From the NCBI GenBank assembly GCA_009991965.1, contig JAACWQ010000007.1, positions 1-60,075 on the forward strand: a stretch of 60,075 nt of DNA, read 5' to 3'. Source of the DNA: Minisyncoccota bacterium. Lineage in GTDB: Bacteria > Patescibacteriota > Microgenomatia > UBA1400 > PJMF01. The notes beneath the pieces were generated by a model that was given only the letters and a program-made list of their open reading frames with translations, ran no database searches and was not told the origin of the DNA. Below, piece by piece: positions 50,631 to 59,493 of the stretch (the stretch's first letter is position 1; each line of letters starts with the position of its first letter). The position numbers and the translations under genes are program-made.

Positions 50631-52310
50631 TTAGCTTGGTTGTCTGTTTCGTTTTTTTGCTGCGCTAACTTTGGCATGTTCATCACCACCAGATTTTTGA
50701 CCTTCAAGTATTTTGCTGAGAAGAATAGTGGGATCTTCAGCATCGAGGAATCTACCATCTTTGATACGATCTATCTGCTTTCGAATATTAAGGCCAAGTT
50801 GAGCACCAGATTTAAGACCAGGAGCCATTCCACCATAGGTCGTTCCATCTACATCAGCACCACTTCTAATTGATTTGAGCAGTTTTGTGCCTCTGTGACC
50901 TGCATTCCATCCCATTCTACCAGCATAATATCCGCCTGCCAGAGAATTTACTCCACCAGTTGCAACGGGAATCATATTTTCAGTCTTATTGAGTGCAGAG
51001 CCAATATTCTTTCCTGCCCACCCAGCAATCTGTTCGCCCAAGCCAGCCTTGGCACCCAATGTTTCTTTAATTTTCTTTACGACTTCGGGTAGTGCGAGTA
51101 GTAAAGCAAACCCGAGTAGCGGACTTGCTACCCCAGACACACCATTGCCGACCAAAAATGGTGGCATAAATCCACCCGATTTTACGGTAGCACCAGCAGC
51201 TCCAGCTTTGGTAAATTCATAAAAAAGTACGGTAACGAGTAGCACGGCGGGGAAGGCTGCAAGGTTGCCAATCATGCTTTTTATCCAGCCACTGAAAACA
51301 TTTTTACCTGGAATGGCTCCAATCATAAGTACAACGGGAGCAGTGACGACACCAACAATAATACTGGCATACGATTTCAGTAATTCAAAAAATAAGCGAA
51401 AAACCGCGATAACGATAGCAACTGCTAGTACAAGCGAGAGTGTAAGGCCAGAGATAATGGCAAGCAGGCCAGTGACGGAGTTTTCGACTCCTGCCATAGC
51501 CGTAATTAGTCCATTTACCAAATCTGTCGTTTCGCCGAGCTTTGATCCTATTGATTTTAGAAACGTCCCGCCCAACTGGAAAATATTCATGGTAATAAGC
51601 GTGGAGGAAGTACCCGCAGTATTTACATCTGCAAATATCCCGATAATCATATACATCGACAAATACATCATGTCTATCAAAAAGCCAGAAATGGCATACG
51701 AAAAAGTCACAAGAATCAGGCTGATCAAAATAGAAGGAATTGCTTGTTGGGCAGTGATGGCAGCTTGGCCACCAATTTTGGCGCGAAACATAATCATAAA
51801 GCCGATGACGATAAATAGAATAATAAAGAAAAAGTAGGAGATATTGCGGAATTTTTTCCAAAGCTCCAGGACTGGGTCGAGCGCAGCAAAGCCAAGACCT
51901 TGCGCTTGCGCTGGCGCAATACCAGCGGAGCGGGAGACGTCGGCCAAAAATCGATTCGTTCGGGCTGGCGGATAGGCATACATGCCTGCGATGAGGTTGG
52001 TCATGTTGCCAACCAGACTAGTGCTTTTTGCTAGCTGCTTGTTACTACCAACATAGGAGCCTTGTGTACCTGTGTCTAGACCTTCAGTTTTTTTTGAACC
52101 AACAATGTCGAGCACCCACTCCATAGCTACAAACCGAGTAGTGTTTTTGACCAAACATTCGAGCGAAGGGCTGTCGCAGTTTTCGACAGCTGTTTTGTAG
52201 GCGTCGTATTCCTCTTGGGGGACGGTGTAATTGTAGTCGTTTTGAGCAAAAACGGGTCGTGCCGAGAGAATCAACAAAAATAAAACGGTAGTGAGAACCC
52301 GCTTGAGCAT
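50631..52310 (-). CDS. Polytopic membrane protein, VirB6/TrbL-like by topology and context
   Basis: Signal peptide MLKRVLTTVLFLLILSARPVFAQ, a ~120-aa external domain, at least 6 TM helices and a Gly-rich cytoplasmic tail. Start moved to Met69 of the tracked ORF. No diagnostic motif, so the call rests on architecture. Confidence 0.45.
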   Translation of the reverse strand: MLKRVLTTVLFLLILSARPVFAQNDYNYTVPQEEYDAYKTAVENCDSPSLECLVKNTTRFVAMEWVLDIVGSKKTEGLDTGTQGSYVGSNKQLAKSTSLVGNMTNLIAGMYAYPPARTNRFLADVSRSAGIAPAQAQGLGFAALDPVLELWKKFRNISYFFFIILFIVIGFMIMFRAKIGGQAAITAQQAIPSILISLILVTFSYAISGFLIDMMYLSMYMIIGIFADVNTAGTSSTLITMNIFQLGGTFLKSIGSKLGETTDLVNGLITAMAGVENSVTGLLAIISGLTLSLVLAVAIVIAVFRLFFELLKSYASIIVGVVTAPVVLMIGAIPGKNVFSGWIKSMIGNLAAFPAVLLVTVLFYEFTKAGAAGATVKSGGFMPPFLVGNGVSGVASPLLGFALLLALPEVVKKIKETLGAKAGLGEQIAGWAGKNIGSALNKTENMIPVATGGVNSLAGGYYAGRMGWNAGHRGTKLLKSIRSGADVDGTTYGGMAPGLKSGAQLGLNIRKQIDRIKDGRFLDAEDPTILLSKILEGQKSGGDEHAKVSAAKKRNRQPS

Positions 52311-52387
52311 TCCGTTATTATAACAGGAGAGAGAGGCGAGGGAGAATGGGAGGATTCGTAGATTCAGTGTCTTGTACATACAATGTG

Positions 52388-52415
52388 TTGACATATGACA
52401 ATTATTCTGTAAGAT
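52388..52415 (+). promoter_or_regulatory. Sigma70-like promoter (TTGACA-16-TAAGAT), 6 nt upstream of the tacA ATG
   Basis: TTGACA at 52388-52393, TAAGAT at 52410-52415, ATG at 52422. Confidence 0.5.
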
Positions 52416-52421
52416 AAGAGT

Positions 52422-52706
52422 ATGAAAACACAGAAATCGCCTGCTGCAAAAAGCACTCACATCAATATTCGGATAGCACCAGTTCAGCGAGACCTGATCG
52501 ATCAGGCTGCTCAAGTACGGGGCAAAACACGTTCGGAATTTATTCTAGATGTGGCGGCTCGAGAAGCAGAGAATACGTTGTTAGATCAGCAGTTATTTTT
52601 ATTAGACGACACAAAGTGGGAGGCGTTTGCTGCAATTCTTGATGCTCCTGTCCGTCAACCAAAAACTCTACAGACATTGCTAGCTACTCCAGCTCCATGG
52701 GATTGA
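52422..52706 (+). CDS. tacA: DUF1778 / TacA-type RHH antitoxin
   Basis: KSTHINIRIAPVQRDLIDQAAQVRGKTRSEFILDVAAREAENTLLDQQLFLLDDTKWEAF is the DUF1778 pattern. Overlaps the GNAT gene by 10 nt. Confidence 0.85.
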   Translation: MKTQKSPAAKSTHINIRIAPVQRDLIDQAAQVRGKTRSEFILDVAAREAENTLLDQQLFLLDDTKWEAFAAILDAPVRQPKTLQTLLATPAPWD

Positions 52707-53209
52707 GACCAACCCCACTCACCAGATCACATGATTTGTCAGATTTTTCCTCTAGTGAACCAGAGCTGGACGATTGGTTGAGGCGTAGAGCACTACAAAA
52801 TCAACTTTCTGGCGCCTCTCGCACCTATGTTGTAGTAGTTAAAAATAAAGTAGTTGCCTACTATGCGTTGGCAAGCGGTTCTGTTATGCCGCAAGAAGCT
52901 CCAGGTCGGATTCGACGTAATATGCCCGATCCGATTCCAGTGGTAATTTTAGGTAGATTGGCTGTTACAGAGGCATGGCAAGGCAAAGGACTTGGCAAGG
53001 CATTGCTTCGAGACGCCATTTTACGCACTCTGCAGGTAGCAGAAAAGATTGGTATCAGAGCTATTTTAGTTCATGCTTTGCACGAACAAGCTGCCGCTTT
53101 TTATCAGCATCTTGGCTTTTTACCATCACCGATGAGTAAAACTATTCTGGTTCTCTCCCTCAAAGATGCTCAAGCAATCTGTAGACACTTCCCCGTTGAT
53201 ACACTCTGA
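52697..53209 (+). CDS. tacT: GNAT-family acetyltransferase toxin (TacT-type)
   Basis: FSSSEPELDDWLRRRALQN..., ...ILGRLAVTEAWQGKGLGKALLRDA... (acetyl-CoA binding Q/RxxGxG). Paired with DUF1778. Confidence 0.85.
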   Translation: MGLRPTPLTRSHDLSDFSSSEPELDDWLRRRALQNQLSGASRTYVVVVKNKVVAYYALASGSVMPQEAPGRIRRNMPDPIPVVILGRLAVTEAWQGKGLGKALLRDAILRTLQVAEKIGIRAILVHALHEQAAAFYQHLGFLPSPMSKTILVLSLKDAQAICRHFPVDTL

Positions 53210-53236
53210 ATTACATGGTATACCACTGATATAGTT

Positions 53237-54064
53237 ATGATAGATGCTGCTAAATTAACACAATTGACCGATCTGATCGCCCAAGCCAAATCTATTTTTG
53301 TTATTTTCCCTGCTACTGCATCGCCGGACAATCGCGCTGCTGCCGAGGCACTTGCGGCAAGTTTATCTCAAGCAGGCAAAGACATTCGATTATTGTCGCC
53401 CCGTACTCCAGAGTCATCTCGCTATCCGGAGTCGAGCGAAGTTGCGGTTACCACAGAGCTTGGCAATCAAAATTTGGTGCTCAGTTTTTCGTATGAGCCA
53501 GAGCAGGTGGACAATGTGAATTACCATATTGGCGAAGAAACGGGACGTTTTTACTTGACTATTAAGCCGCAGAAAGGCCAAAAACCGCTTGATCCTGCTT
53601 CGGTTGAGTTTTCCTACACTGGGGCAGAGGCCGACCTCATTTTTGCCGTTGGCGTCAAGGAACTTGCAGAACTCGAGCAGCTCTACATGAGTTACGAAGA
53701 TGTTTATAGTAGTGTGCCGATTGTTTCGATCACAAACTTTGAGCCACAATTTGCCACGCTGGCGATCAATGCCGGAAGTAGTCCTAGCTTGAGTCAAGAA
53801 GTAGCGCGACTGATTGCTGACCTCGGGTTTACGATTTCTCAAGACGCAGCTACTCAATTATTGTATGGAATTGAAATGGTGACCCAAGGGCTTGCTTCTC
53901 GCAGTGTTACGGCTGAGACGTTTGAAACTGTCGGGCAGTTGCTGCGACAAGGCGCGCGCAGGATTGGGTTTGAGCAAAAATCGATTGAGGTCACCAAAGA
54001 AGTGAAATCAGCTAAAAATGAAACCACCTCGATCAAGAAGAGCATGCCGATAGCGCGCGGCTAA
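53237..54064 (+). CDS. Hypothetical protein, DHH/NrnA-like fold suspected but catalytic motifs absent
   Basis: SIFVIFPATASPDNRAAAEALAASLSQAGKDIRLLSP resembles the start of NrnA-type DHH proteins, but the DHH His/Asp residues are not seen. Weak call. Confidence 0.4.
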   Translation: MIDAAKLTQLTDLIAQAKSIFVIFPATASPDNRAAAEALAASLSQAGKDIRLLSPRTPESSRYPESSEVAVTTELGNQNLVLSFSYEPEQVDNVNYHIGEETGRFYLTIKPQKGQKPLDPASVEFSYTGAEADLIFAVGVKELAELEQLYMSYEDVYSSVPIVSITNFEPQFATLAINAGSSPSLSQEVARLIADLGFTISQDAATQLLYGIEMVTQGLASRSVTAETFETVGQLLRQGARRIGFEQKSIEVTKEVKSAKNETTSIKKSMPIARG

Positions 54065-54069
54065 ATTAT
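54050..54069 (+). repeat. Direct repeat, left copy (end of the 53237-54064 gene: ..PIARG*)
   Basis: ATAGCGCGCGGCTAAATTAT. The first 15 nt are identical to 54749-54763. Confidence 0.9.
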
Positions 54070-54114
54070 AGTGTCCAGTTACTTTTTTGACCCTCATTTC
54101 TTTCTATTGACAAA

Positions 54115-54453
54115 ATGTTCATTTTAAAGAACAATATGTTGGTGAGGAAGAAAATTGTTGTTGCCAAATCAGCGCAAAAAGAATTTAAAAAATTATCACA
54201 AAATGTCCGTGCAAAGATAGATGCTCGAGCACAAATCTTAGCAAGGGATGGAAAACTAACTGAGCCATATGGTAAGAAAATCGATGACAAACTATTTGAA
54301 ATGAGATTGAGAGTTGGTGGTCAGTGGCGAGTGTTGTATGCATATGTTTTTAACAACTACGTTGTGCTATTGACAGTTTTTTTGAAGAAAACTCAGAAAA
54401 CACCTACAAATGAATTACAAAAAGCTCGTAAGCGACTGGAGGAATACATATGA
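54115..54453 (+). CDS. higB: RelE/ParE-superfamily toxin, Gp49/HigB-like
   Basis: ...KEFKKLSQNVRAKIDARAQILARDG...KKIDDKLFEMRLRVGGQWRVLYAYVFNNYVVLLTVFLKKTQKTP is the Gp49-like (DUF891) pattern. ATGA overlap with the HTH gene. The start could be Met8 (54136). Confidence 0.8.
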   Translation: MFILKNNMLVRKKIVVAKSAQKEFKKLSQNVRAKIDARAQILARDGKLTEPYGKKIDDKLFEMRLRVGGQWRVLYAYVFNNYVVLLTVFLKKTQKTPTNELQKARKRLEEYI

Positions 54454-54752
54454 AAAAAACTAGCATACAGCAGATGCAGATGAGTACAATTCCTTGGAAT
54501 GAGTTCAATATAGACTTTACCAATGAGCAACATAAAATTATTCAGAATGAAATTGCGTATTATGATGCACTACAATCCTTAAAAAAAACTAGAAAACAGC
54601 TTGGTTTAACACAAGCAGAGTTAGCAATTAGGGCAAGCATGCCGAGAACAACCATTACTAAGGTTGAGTCAGGAAGTTATAACCCAACACTTAGTACACT
54701 GATGACAATGGCTACTGCTTTGGGCAAACAACTGCGGATTACGCTAACATAG
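54450..54752 (+). CDS. higA: XRE-family HTH antitoxin (HigA-like)
   Basis: RKQLGLTQAELAIRASMPRTTITKVESGSYNPTLSTLMTMATALG is a Cro/C1-type HTH. Confidence 0.85.
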   Translation: MKKTSIQQMQMSTIPWNEFNIDFTNEQHKIIQNEIAYYDALQSLKKTRKQLGLTQAELAIRASMPRTTITKVESGSYNPTLSTLMTMATALGKQLRITLT

Positions 54753-54768
54753 CGCGCGGCTAATTTAT
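54749..54768 (+). repeat. Direct repeat, right copy (overlaps the higA-like stop codon)
   Basis: ATAGCGCGCGGCTAATTTAT. 19/20 identical to 54050-54069, offset 699 bp. Confidence 0.9.
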
Positions 54769-57700
54769 TTAATAACACGCAGGATCAGGATAATTTGCAG
54801 GCGGTGTTTTTGCTGGCTGTCCCATTTCATCTCGCAGTTTTTTCCAGAGACTCCAGACGTATTTTGCTTGTGGAGTGTGGGCGTTCCAAATTTGACCATA
54901 TGAATTTTCACCACGAACGGCAAACGCAGAGGCAAAGGCATTTTGATTGTCTGGATATTTTTGTGCCCCGGTCCACAACACAAGCCGACAAGCAGCATCG
55001 GCAGCAGCAGGGATGTTGGTGGGCGAACTAAAGTCTACACCCAGACCAGACATATATTCTGGAGTAAAACTAGTTGGTTCGTGGTTGGCACATGCCGAAG
55101 CACCAGTGTTGTAGGGCGTAGTCCAAATACCCCAAGCGCCAGGGGTAAATTGCCAGACGCCGCGTGCTCCCGCACTACTTTCGGTAGTATTGTTGTATAC
55201 AGAACTTTCTGAATGAGCGACGGCCAGCGCGAGCAGGGGATCGCAGCCATATCTTTGCGATGCTGCTTGGATGCTATCCCAAATGGTTTGTGATGGTGGG
55301 GTGAAGGTCACCGTGCTGTTATTCCAGTATTGGATATCAAACTTTATATCTTTGCCAAATTTGGAAATACTACCAACGTCGGAGTTACTGACTTCATCGC
55401 AACCAACTTCTCTGATGGTATTGGGAAAGAGATTGTCGCAGCTCATGGCCTCATCTTTACCAAGGTATGGCAACTCAAATTTCCTACCAAAAATCTGTTC
55501 GTATAAGGCCAAACCTGGCAATTTATTTGTGCCTGATTCGTCATCAGGTTTGAATAATTCAGACCAGAGCTCTAGGTTGCCGGCTCCATTGAGTCCACCA
55601 CACGATGAGTTGAGCATGATGTCGTAACCTTTTCCGGCTACGCTGCAACCATAACTATCTGTTACGAATACATGATCAGCTCCATCTGGTCCGCCCGGCA
55701 TGTTTGAGTTGAAGGTAGCTTTTGCACAATACGATTTTCGACCATTCATGCCCACGCCAACAGGAATGATGGCTGCACTCCCTTGTGAAAAAGGATCGAT
55801 TGATGTGTTGCCATTTTTATCAGTCCAAACAGCGCCACGCGAAAGGCAGCCAAATGTATAGCTTGGAACAAAATAATACCCAGGTTTTACACGGAAACTT
55901 GCAATGACATTTGTCCAGTCTTTTGTTCCCGTGGCTGGTACAAGCTTTGATCCTCGCTTGTCCCAAGCTTCTGGCTTTATTACTTCTTCAATAGGCACGT
56001 CTGGCGGTAGATACCAAATTTGTCCTGCAGTGATGTCGTAAGGACCCACGCCACAGCGTGGCATAGCACCATTCTCTGTCTGGTATTGTCCTGGATTCAT
56101 TGTCACGATACTCCCAGTTGTTATCAGCGTGCCGCCATCGAGAATTCTAGTGACAAGCTCCAGGGTGTAGTCAGATGATTGATCAAGAAAATATGCCTCA
56201 CTCCCTTGATCAATTGGTTCACAATTTTCTGGTGGTACGCCAGTTCTGCAGATACGAAATGAAGTAGTCGTGGTGTTGGTGAGGGTAAGTTCTTTTGCGC
56301 CGCAATAGCTGAGTGATTTTTGTGGTTCTTTTTGCTGGAGTCCAGCACAACGATCAAGCAAAAATTCCTCGGTAGTTTTGCATGCTGCAAGGTAGGTTTG
56401 GACAGAGCTGGCTTCTTTAGCCAATGCTCGTTGGATAGCTCGCAAGTAGTATCCCAACTTGGCACCTAGGAATTGAATTTGTGGCAGCTTGGGTAGATCG
56501 ATGGTAGCTACAATCGCGCTCCAACAATCTTTGCCCTTGGTACGTACACATTTGCCTGGATCAAAAATAGTAAATGACTCAGTATTCTTGGTTAATTTGG
56601 TCGTGCCGCCAAATAGTTCAAAGCGTTTGTTTAGGTTGGGGTCTTGGTTGATCGTCTCAATTTGTTTGTCGGTCAAAAAACTGTTGATCAGAACATTCTC
56701 AACTTCTGCCAGCTCATAGCCTACAGGGTAGACCAAATAGGCTTTGAGTGAGGTAGAGTCAGACAAGAAAGTGCCATCTCGGGTAGAAATCTTATTGATG
56801 ATAAATTTGCTAATCAACTCTCGGGCAACTTTGTCAGTACTTGTACTTGCGAGCTGTAAAAACAATTGTGTGACAAGTTCTGAGCCAAATGTTTCTGGGA
56901 AAATTGCTCTGGGGTTTTGTTGTTGTGCTGCTGCTGGCTCATCAATGCTGAATGATTGATCGATGTCTTCAGGTCCGGCGCAATTAAGCTGCTTGCCGTC
57001 AATTTGGTCTTGGGCATTTACGATATCAGTTAGGGCTTTGACGAGTTGGTCGTTGCAGGCAATACTGCCAGTGCCATTGGGTGGTTGGCCATCGAGACAG
57101 TAAATGGGATTGCTTGGACCCTGACCCATCACAGCGGTGACGGTATTGGCTAAAGTTGACTTAAGTTCTGTTTTTCGGTCAGCTGCCAGAGCTTGCTGGT
57201 TGACGGTAAGTAGGGAATCTCTCGCGAGCATGGCACCATCAGCAAAAAAAGGATACGCTTTTGAGTTGGAACCAGAAAAAGCATTCACACTTGGTTTGTT
57301 GGTGATGACATCGGGGATTTTAAACGCCACGACCAGGACCTCATCTCTAGGAAGTGTGCCATGAGCAAAAAAACTAAATAACTTATTTGGTTCTGGTTTG
57401 AGCTCTTTGAGACTCAAGACCAGAAATGCCAGACGATATCCACTCTCAGTGGTGAGCGGCACTTGCGTCAGGTCAGTAAATACTTGTTTTTTTGCTGCAT
57501 CTGAACTCTGTTCTAATTCTTTACAAATGGCCGTCATATTTTTTTCTTGGCCACCAGCTGAGCGATACTCTGCTAAGAGTGATTTGACGGTGTGACTGGT
57601 ATTTGGGATGAGAAATTTATAGAGCGCACACGCATCTGGGTTGATGAGCTTGGTGCACATATCGTCTTGCGCCCAAAGGTTTTTTGCTCCCTCAGCACAG

Positions 57701-59046
57701 CGTTGTGACTCAGAGAGGAGTGATTCGATGGGAGCGGAACTCAACTCGGCTTCGGAGTACGTGGTACTAGTTGGCTCTTGGTACGACCAGTACTCTTCGA
57801 GGTCACTTTTTATTTGGTACTTGCGCTCACTGTCTCGAAAGAGCGGCGTACGCGCGAGGGAGTAATCAAGTGTCAAAATTGGATTGAGGTTTAGTTCTTC
57901 ATCACCCCCGAAAGACAGAAACATCTTCACAATGTCTGCTGGACCCACTGAGCCAACGATTTGTTGTTCGGGAAAAGCGCAATACGCTTGATAGCCTTGT
58001 TCGACCAAATCAGCTTGGATTTGTGCATAGTCACGCCTACCAGGATCGGGATACAAACCAGCAAAGGGTGAAAGATGAAAAATGCTGGGGTTATATGCGA
58101 GGTTGGGCGCAGCTACACTGGAGCCGGGATCTGCGAGGGGATTCCATGGTTCAGTTTCGGTAATGATAAGTGGCTTAGAAAATCTGTCCAAATTTTGATC
58201 TTTCCAGTACTGCTGCATGCTTTGGCCAGCTGGGTACAAATTGCCGGCAAAGGCATCGATGCAGTCGAAATTTGCGCCTGCCTTTTGCATACCTTTATAG
58301 ATGCCATCAAAAGACGGGGAAGTTAAGTTAAATGCAGGAGAGAGCAGGCGTACATTACTTGGTTTGGCTGCACAAACAGCATTCATGTACTGTGCGAGAG
58401 CTGGCCCAATGCAATCAAAATATATATTTCCTGCTCCGCTTGAGTATCTGCCGCATTCTGGAGCAAACCAATTTTCTATATCCGGTTCATTTGGTCCGGC
58501 AATGGCGTAAAATTCTTTGCCCGCAGCTCCGCGAGAAAGTGTTTGTAAGAAATCAATGTAGTCTCCAGCAATTCTATTTGGATTGGCGTTCCACTTGTCG
58601 AAACCTAGTCCAGAGTCTGCGATGCCAATTCTGACAATTGTTGTACTGTTGTGTGCGTTTATAGCAGCCAGTACTGCTCCGGGATTATTTTTTTCGGCAA
58701 TTTCCAGCGTCCACTGCATGCCAAACGAGTCTGTTTTTTCGTACGTCCCATGCCCAAACGTGGTGGCAAAATTGACTCCGAGATTGCCACATTTACCTTG
58801 TACACCGCCACAGAGATCAAGTACCTGCGTGTCATGCAAATAGTGTTTTTTGAAGTGAGGATCAGGATTGGTGCCAAAGGGGTCAAAGAGAAGTGCTGCT
58901 TTAGTTTTACCCAAAACAAATTGTAGGTCTGCCTTGAAGGCATCAAAGTCTGAGGTTGTCTGTGCCTTACTTATTTTAGGGTAGAAAAGTGCTGACAATC
59001 CAAAAAAAAGTACCAAAACACTTGCTAGTAGCCAGGATTTTCTCAC
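54769..59046 (-). CDS. Giant (1,425 aa) secreted cell-wall hydrolase candidate: N-terminal clan GH-A-like glycosidase domain and C-terminal SLT lytic-transglycosylase domain
   Basis: Signal peptide MRKSWLLASVLVLFFGLSALFYPKISKAQ. AIAGPNEPD (aa ~186) and PLIITETEPW (aa ~297) are spaced ~110 aa apart, like the acid/base and nucleophile of (beta/alpha)8 GH-A enzymes. The C-terminal ...LALAVAHSESSVYNNTTESSAGARGVWQFTPGAW is the SLT signature. Confidence 0.75.
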   Translation of the reverse strand: MRKSWLLASVLVLFFGLSALFYPKISKAQTTSDFDAFKADLQFVLGKTKAALLFDPFGTNPDPHFKKHYLHDTQVLDLCGGVQGKCGNLGVNFATTFGHGTYEKTDSFGMQWTLEIAEKNNPGAVLAAINAHNSTTIVRIGIADSGLGFDKWNANPNRIAGDYIDFLQTLSRGAAGKEFYAIAGPNEPDIENWFAPECGRYSSGAGNIYFDCIGPALAQYMNAVCAAKPSNVRLLSPAFNLTSPSFDGIYKGMQKAGANFDCIDAFAGNLYPAGQSMQQYWKDQNLDRFSKPLIITETEPWNPLADPGSSVAAPNLAYNPSIFHLSPFAGLYPDPGRRDYAQIQADLVEQGYQAYCAFPEQQIVGSVGPADIVKMFLSFGGDEELNLNPILTLDYSLARTPLFRDSERKYQIKSDLEEYWSYQEPTSTTYSEAELSSAPIESLLSESQRCAEGAKNLWAQDDMCTKLINPDACALYKFLIPNTSHTVKSLLAEYRSAGGQEKNMTAICKELEQSSDAAKKQVFTDLTQVPLTTESGYRLAFLVLSLKELKPEPNKLFSFFAHGTLPRDEVLVVAFKIPDVITNKPSVNAFSGSNSKAYPFFADGAMLARDSLLTVNQQALAADRKTELKSTLANTVTAVMGQGPSNPIYCLDGQPPNGTGSIACNDQLVKALTDIVNAQDQIDGKQLNCAGPEDIDQSFSIDEPAAAQQQNPRAIFPETFGSELVTQLFLQLASTSTDKVARELISKFIINKISTRDGTFLSDSTSLKAYLVYPVGYELAEVENVLINSFLTDKQIETINQDPNLNKRFELFGGTTKLTKNTESFTIFDPGKCVRTKGKDCWSAIVATIDLPKLPQIQFLGAKLGYYLRAIQRALAKEASSVQTYLAACKTTEEFLLDRCAGLQQKEPQKSLSYCGAKELTLTNTTTTSFRICRTGVPPENCEPIDQGSEAYFLDQSSDYTLELVTRILDGGTLITTGSIVTMNPGQYQTENGAMPRCGVGPYDITAGQIWYLPPDVPIEEVIKPEAWDKRGSKLVPATGTKDWTNVIASFRVKPGYYFVPSYTFGCLSRGAVWTDKNGNTSIDPFSQGSAAIIPVGVGMNGRKSYCAKATFNSNMPGGPDGADHVFVTDSYGCSVAGKGYDIMLNSSCGGLNGAGNLELWSELFKPDDESGTNKLPGLALYEQIFGRKFELPYLGKDEAMSCDNLFPNTIREVGCDEVSNSDVGSISKFGKDIKFDIQYWNNSTVTFTPPSQTIWDSIQAASQRYGCDPLLALAVAHSESSVYNNTTESSAGARGVWQFTPGAWGIWTTPYNTGASACANHEPTSFTPEYMSGLGVDFSSPTNIPAAADAACRLVLWTGAQKYPDNQNAFASAFAVRGENSYGQIWNAHTPQAKYVWSLWKKLRDEMGQPAKTPPANYPDPACY

Positions 59047-59066
59047 CTAGATAGTATAACCGAAAC

Positions 59067-59474
59067 TCAGGGGGTTGTAGCGTCTTGTGTTTCGTTCGAT
59101 CGGGGAATGCGGAACTCTTTGATTTTGGTTATCCCTGTAAAGTTGGAAATCAGGTTGAGAATAATGAATGCTGAGAGAGCTACTACGATACCAATTACTC
59201 CGTAAGTAAGCGCGTTTTTGGCCTGACTCGTGTGTTTGCTGTCTCCACCAGACAGAAGCCATTGAAATGAGCCGTATATAAACATCACAAACGCCGCGAA
59301 ACCAATCAGGGGAATAATCACCGTAAAAATGTTGGCAAACAAACACTCAAGACCCTGGATGGTAGCCACGCCTTTTTCTACACAAACACCACCCCATTCG
59401 CTTGTTTGCGCAAAGACTGGCTGAGCACTCAGTATAAATAGTGTGGTAGCAGCAGTTACTGATCTTTTTAGCAT
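59067..59474 (-). CDS. VirB2/TrbC-like T4SS pilin candidate (135 aa)
   Basis: Signal peptide MLKRSVTAATTLFILSAQPVFAQ, then TM1 (FTVIIPLIGFAAFVMFIYGSFQWLL), an SGGDSKHTSQAKN loop and TM2 (YGVIGIVVALSAFIILNLI). This is the two-helix hairpin topology of T4SS pilins. Confidence 0.6.
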   Translation of the reverse strand: MLKRSVTAATTLFILSAQPVFAQTSEWGGVCVEKGVATIQGLECLFANIFTVIIPLIGFAAFVMFIYGSFQWLLSGGDSKHTSQAKNALTYGVIGIVVALSAFIILNLISNFTGITKIKEFRIPRSNETQDATTP

Positions 59475-59493
59475 GCACTGCTAGTATAGCAGT

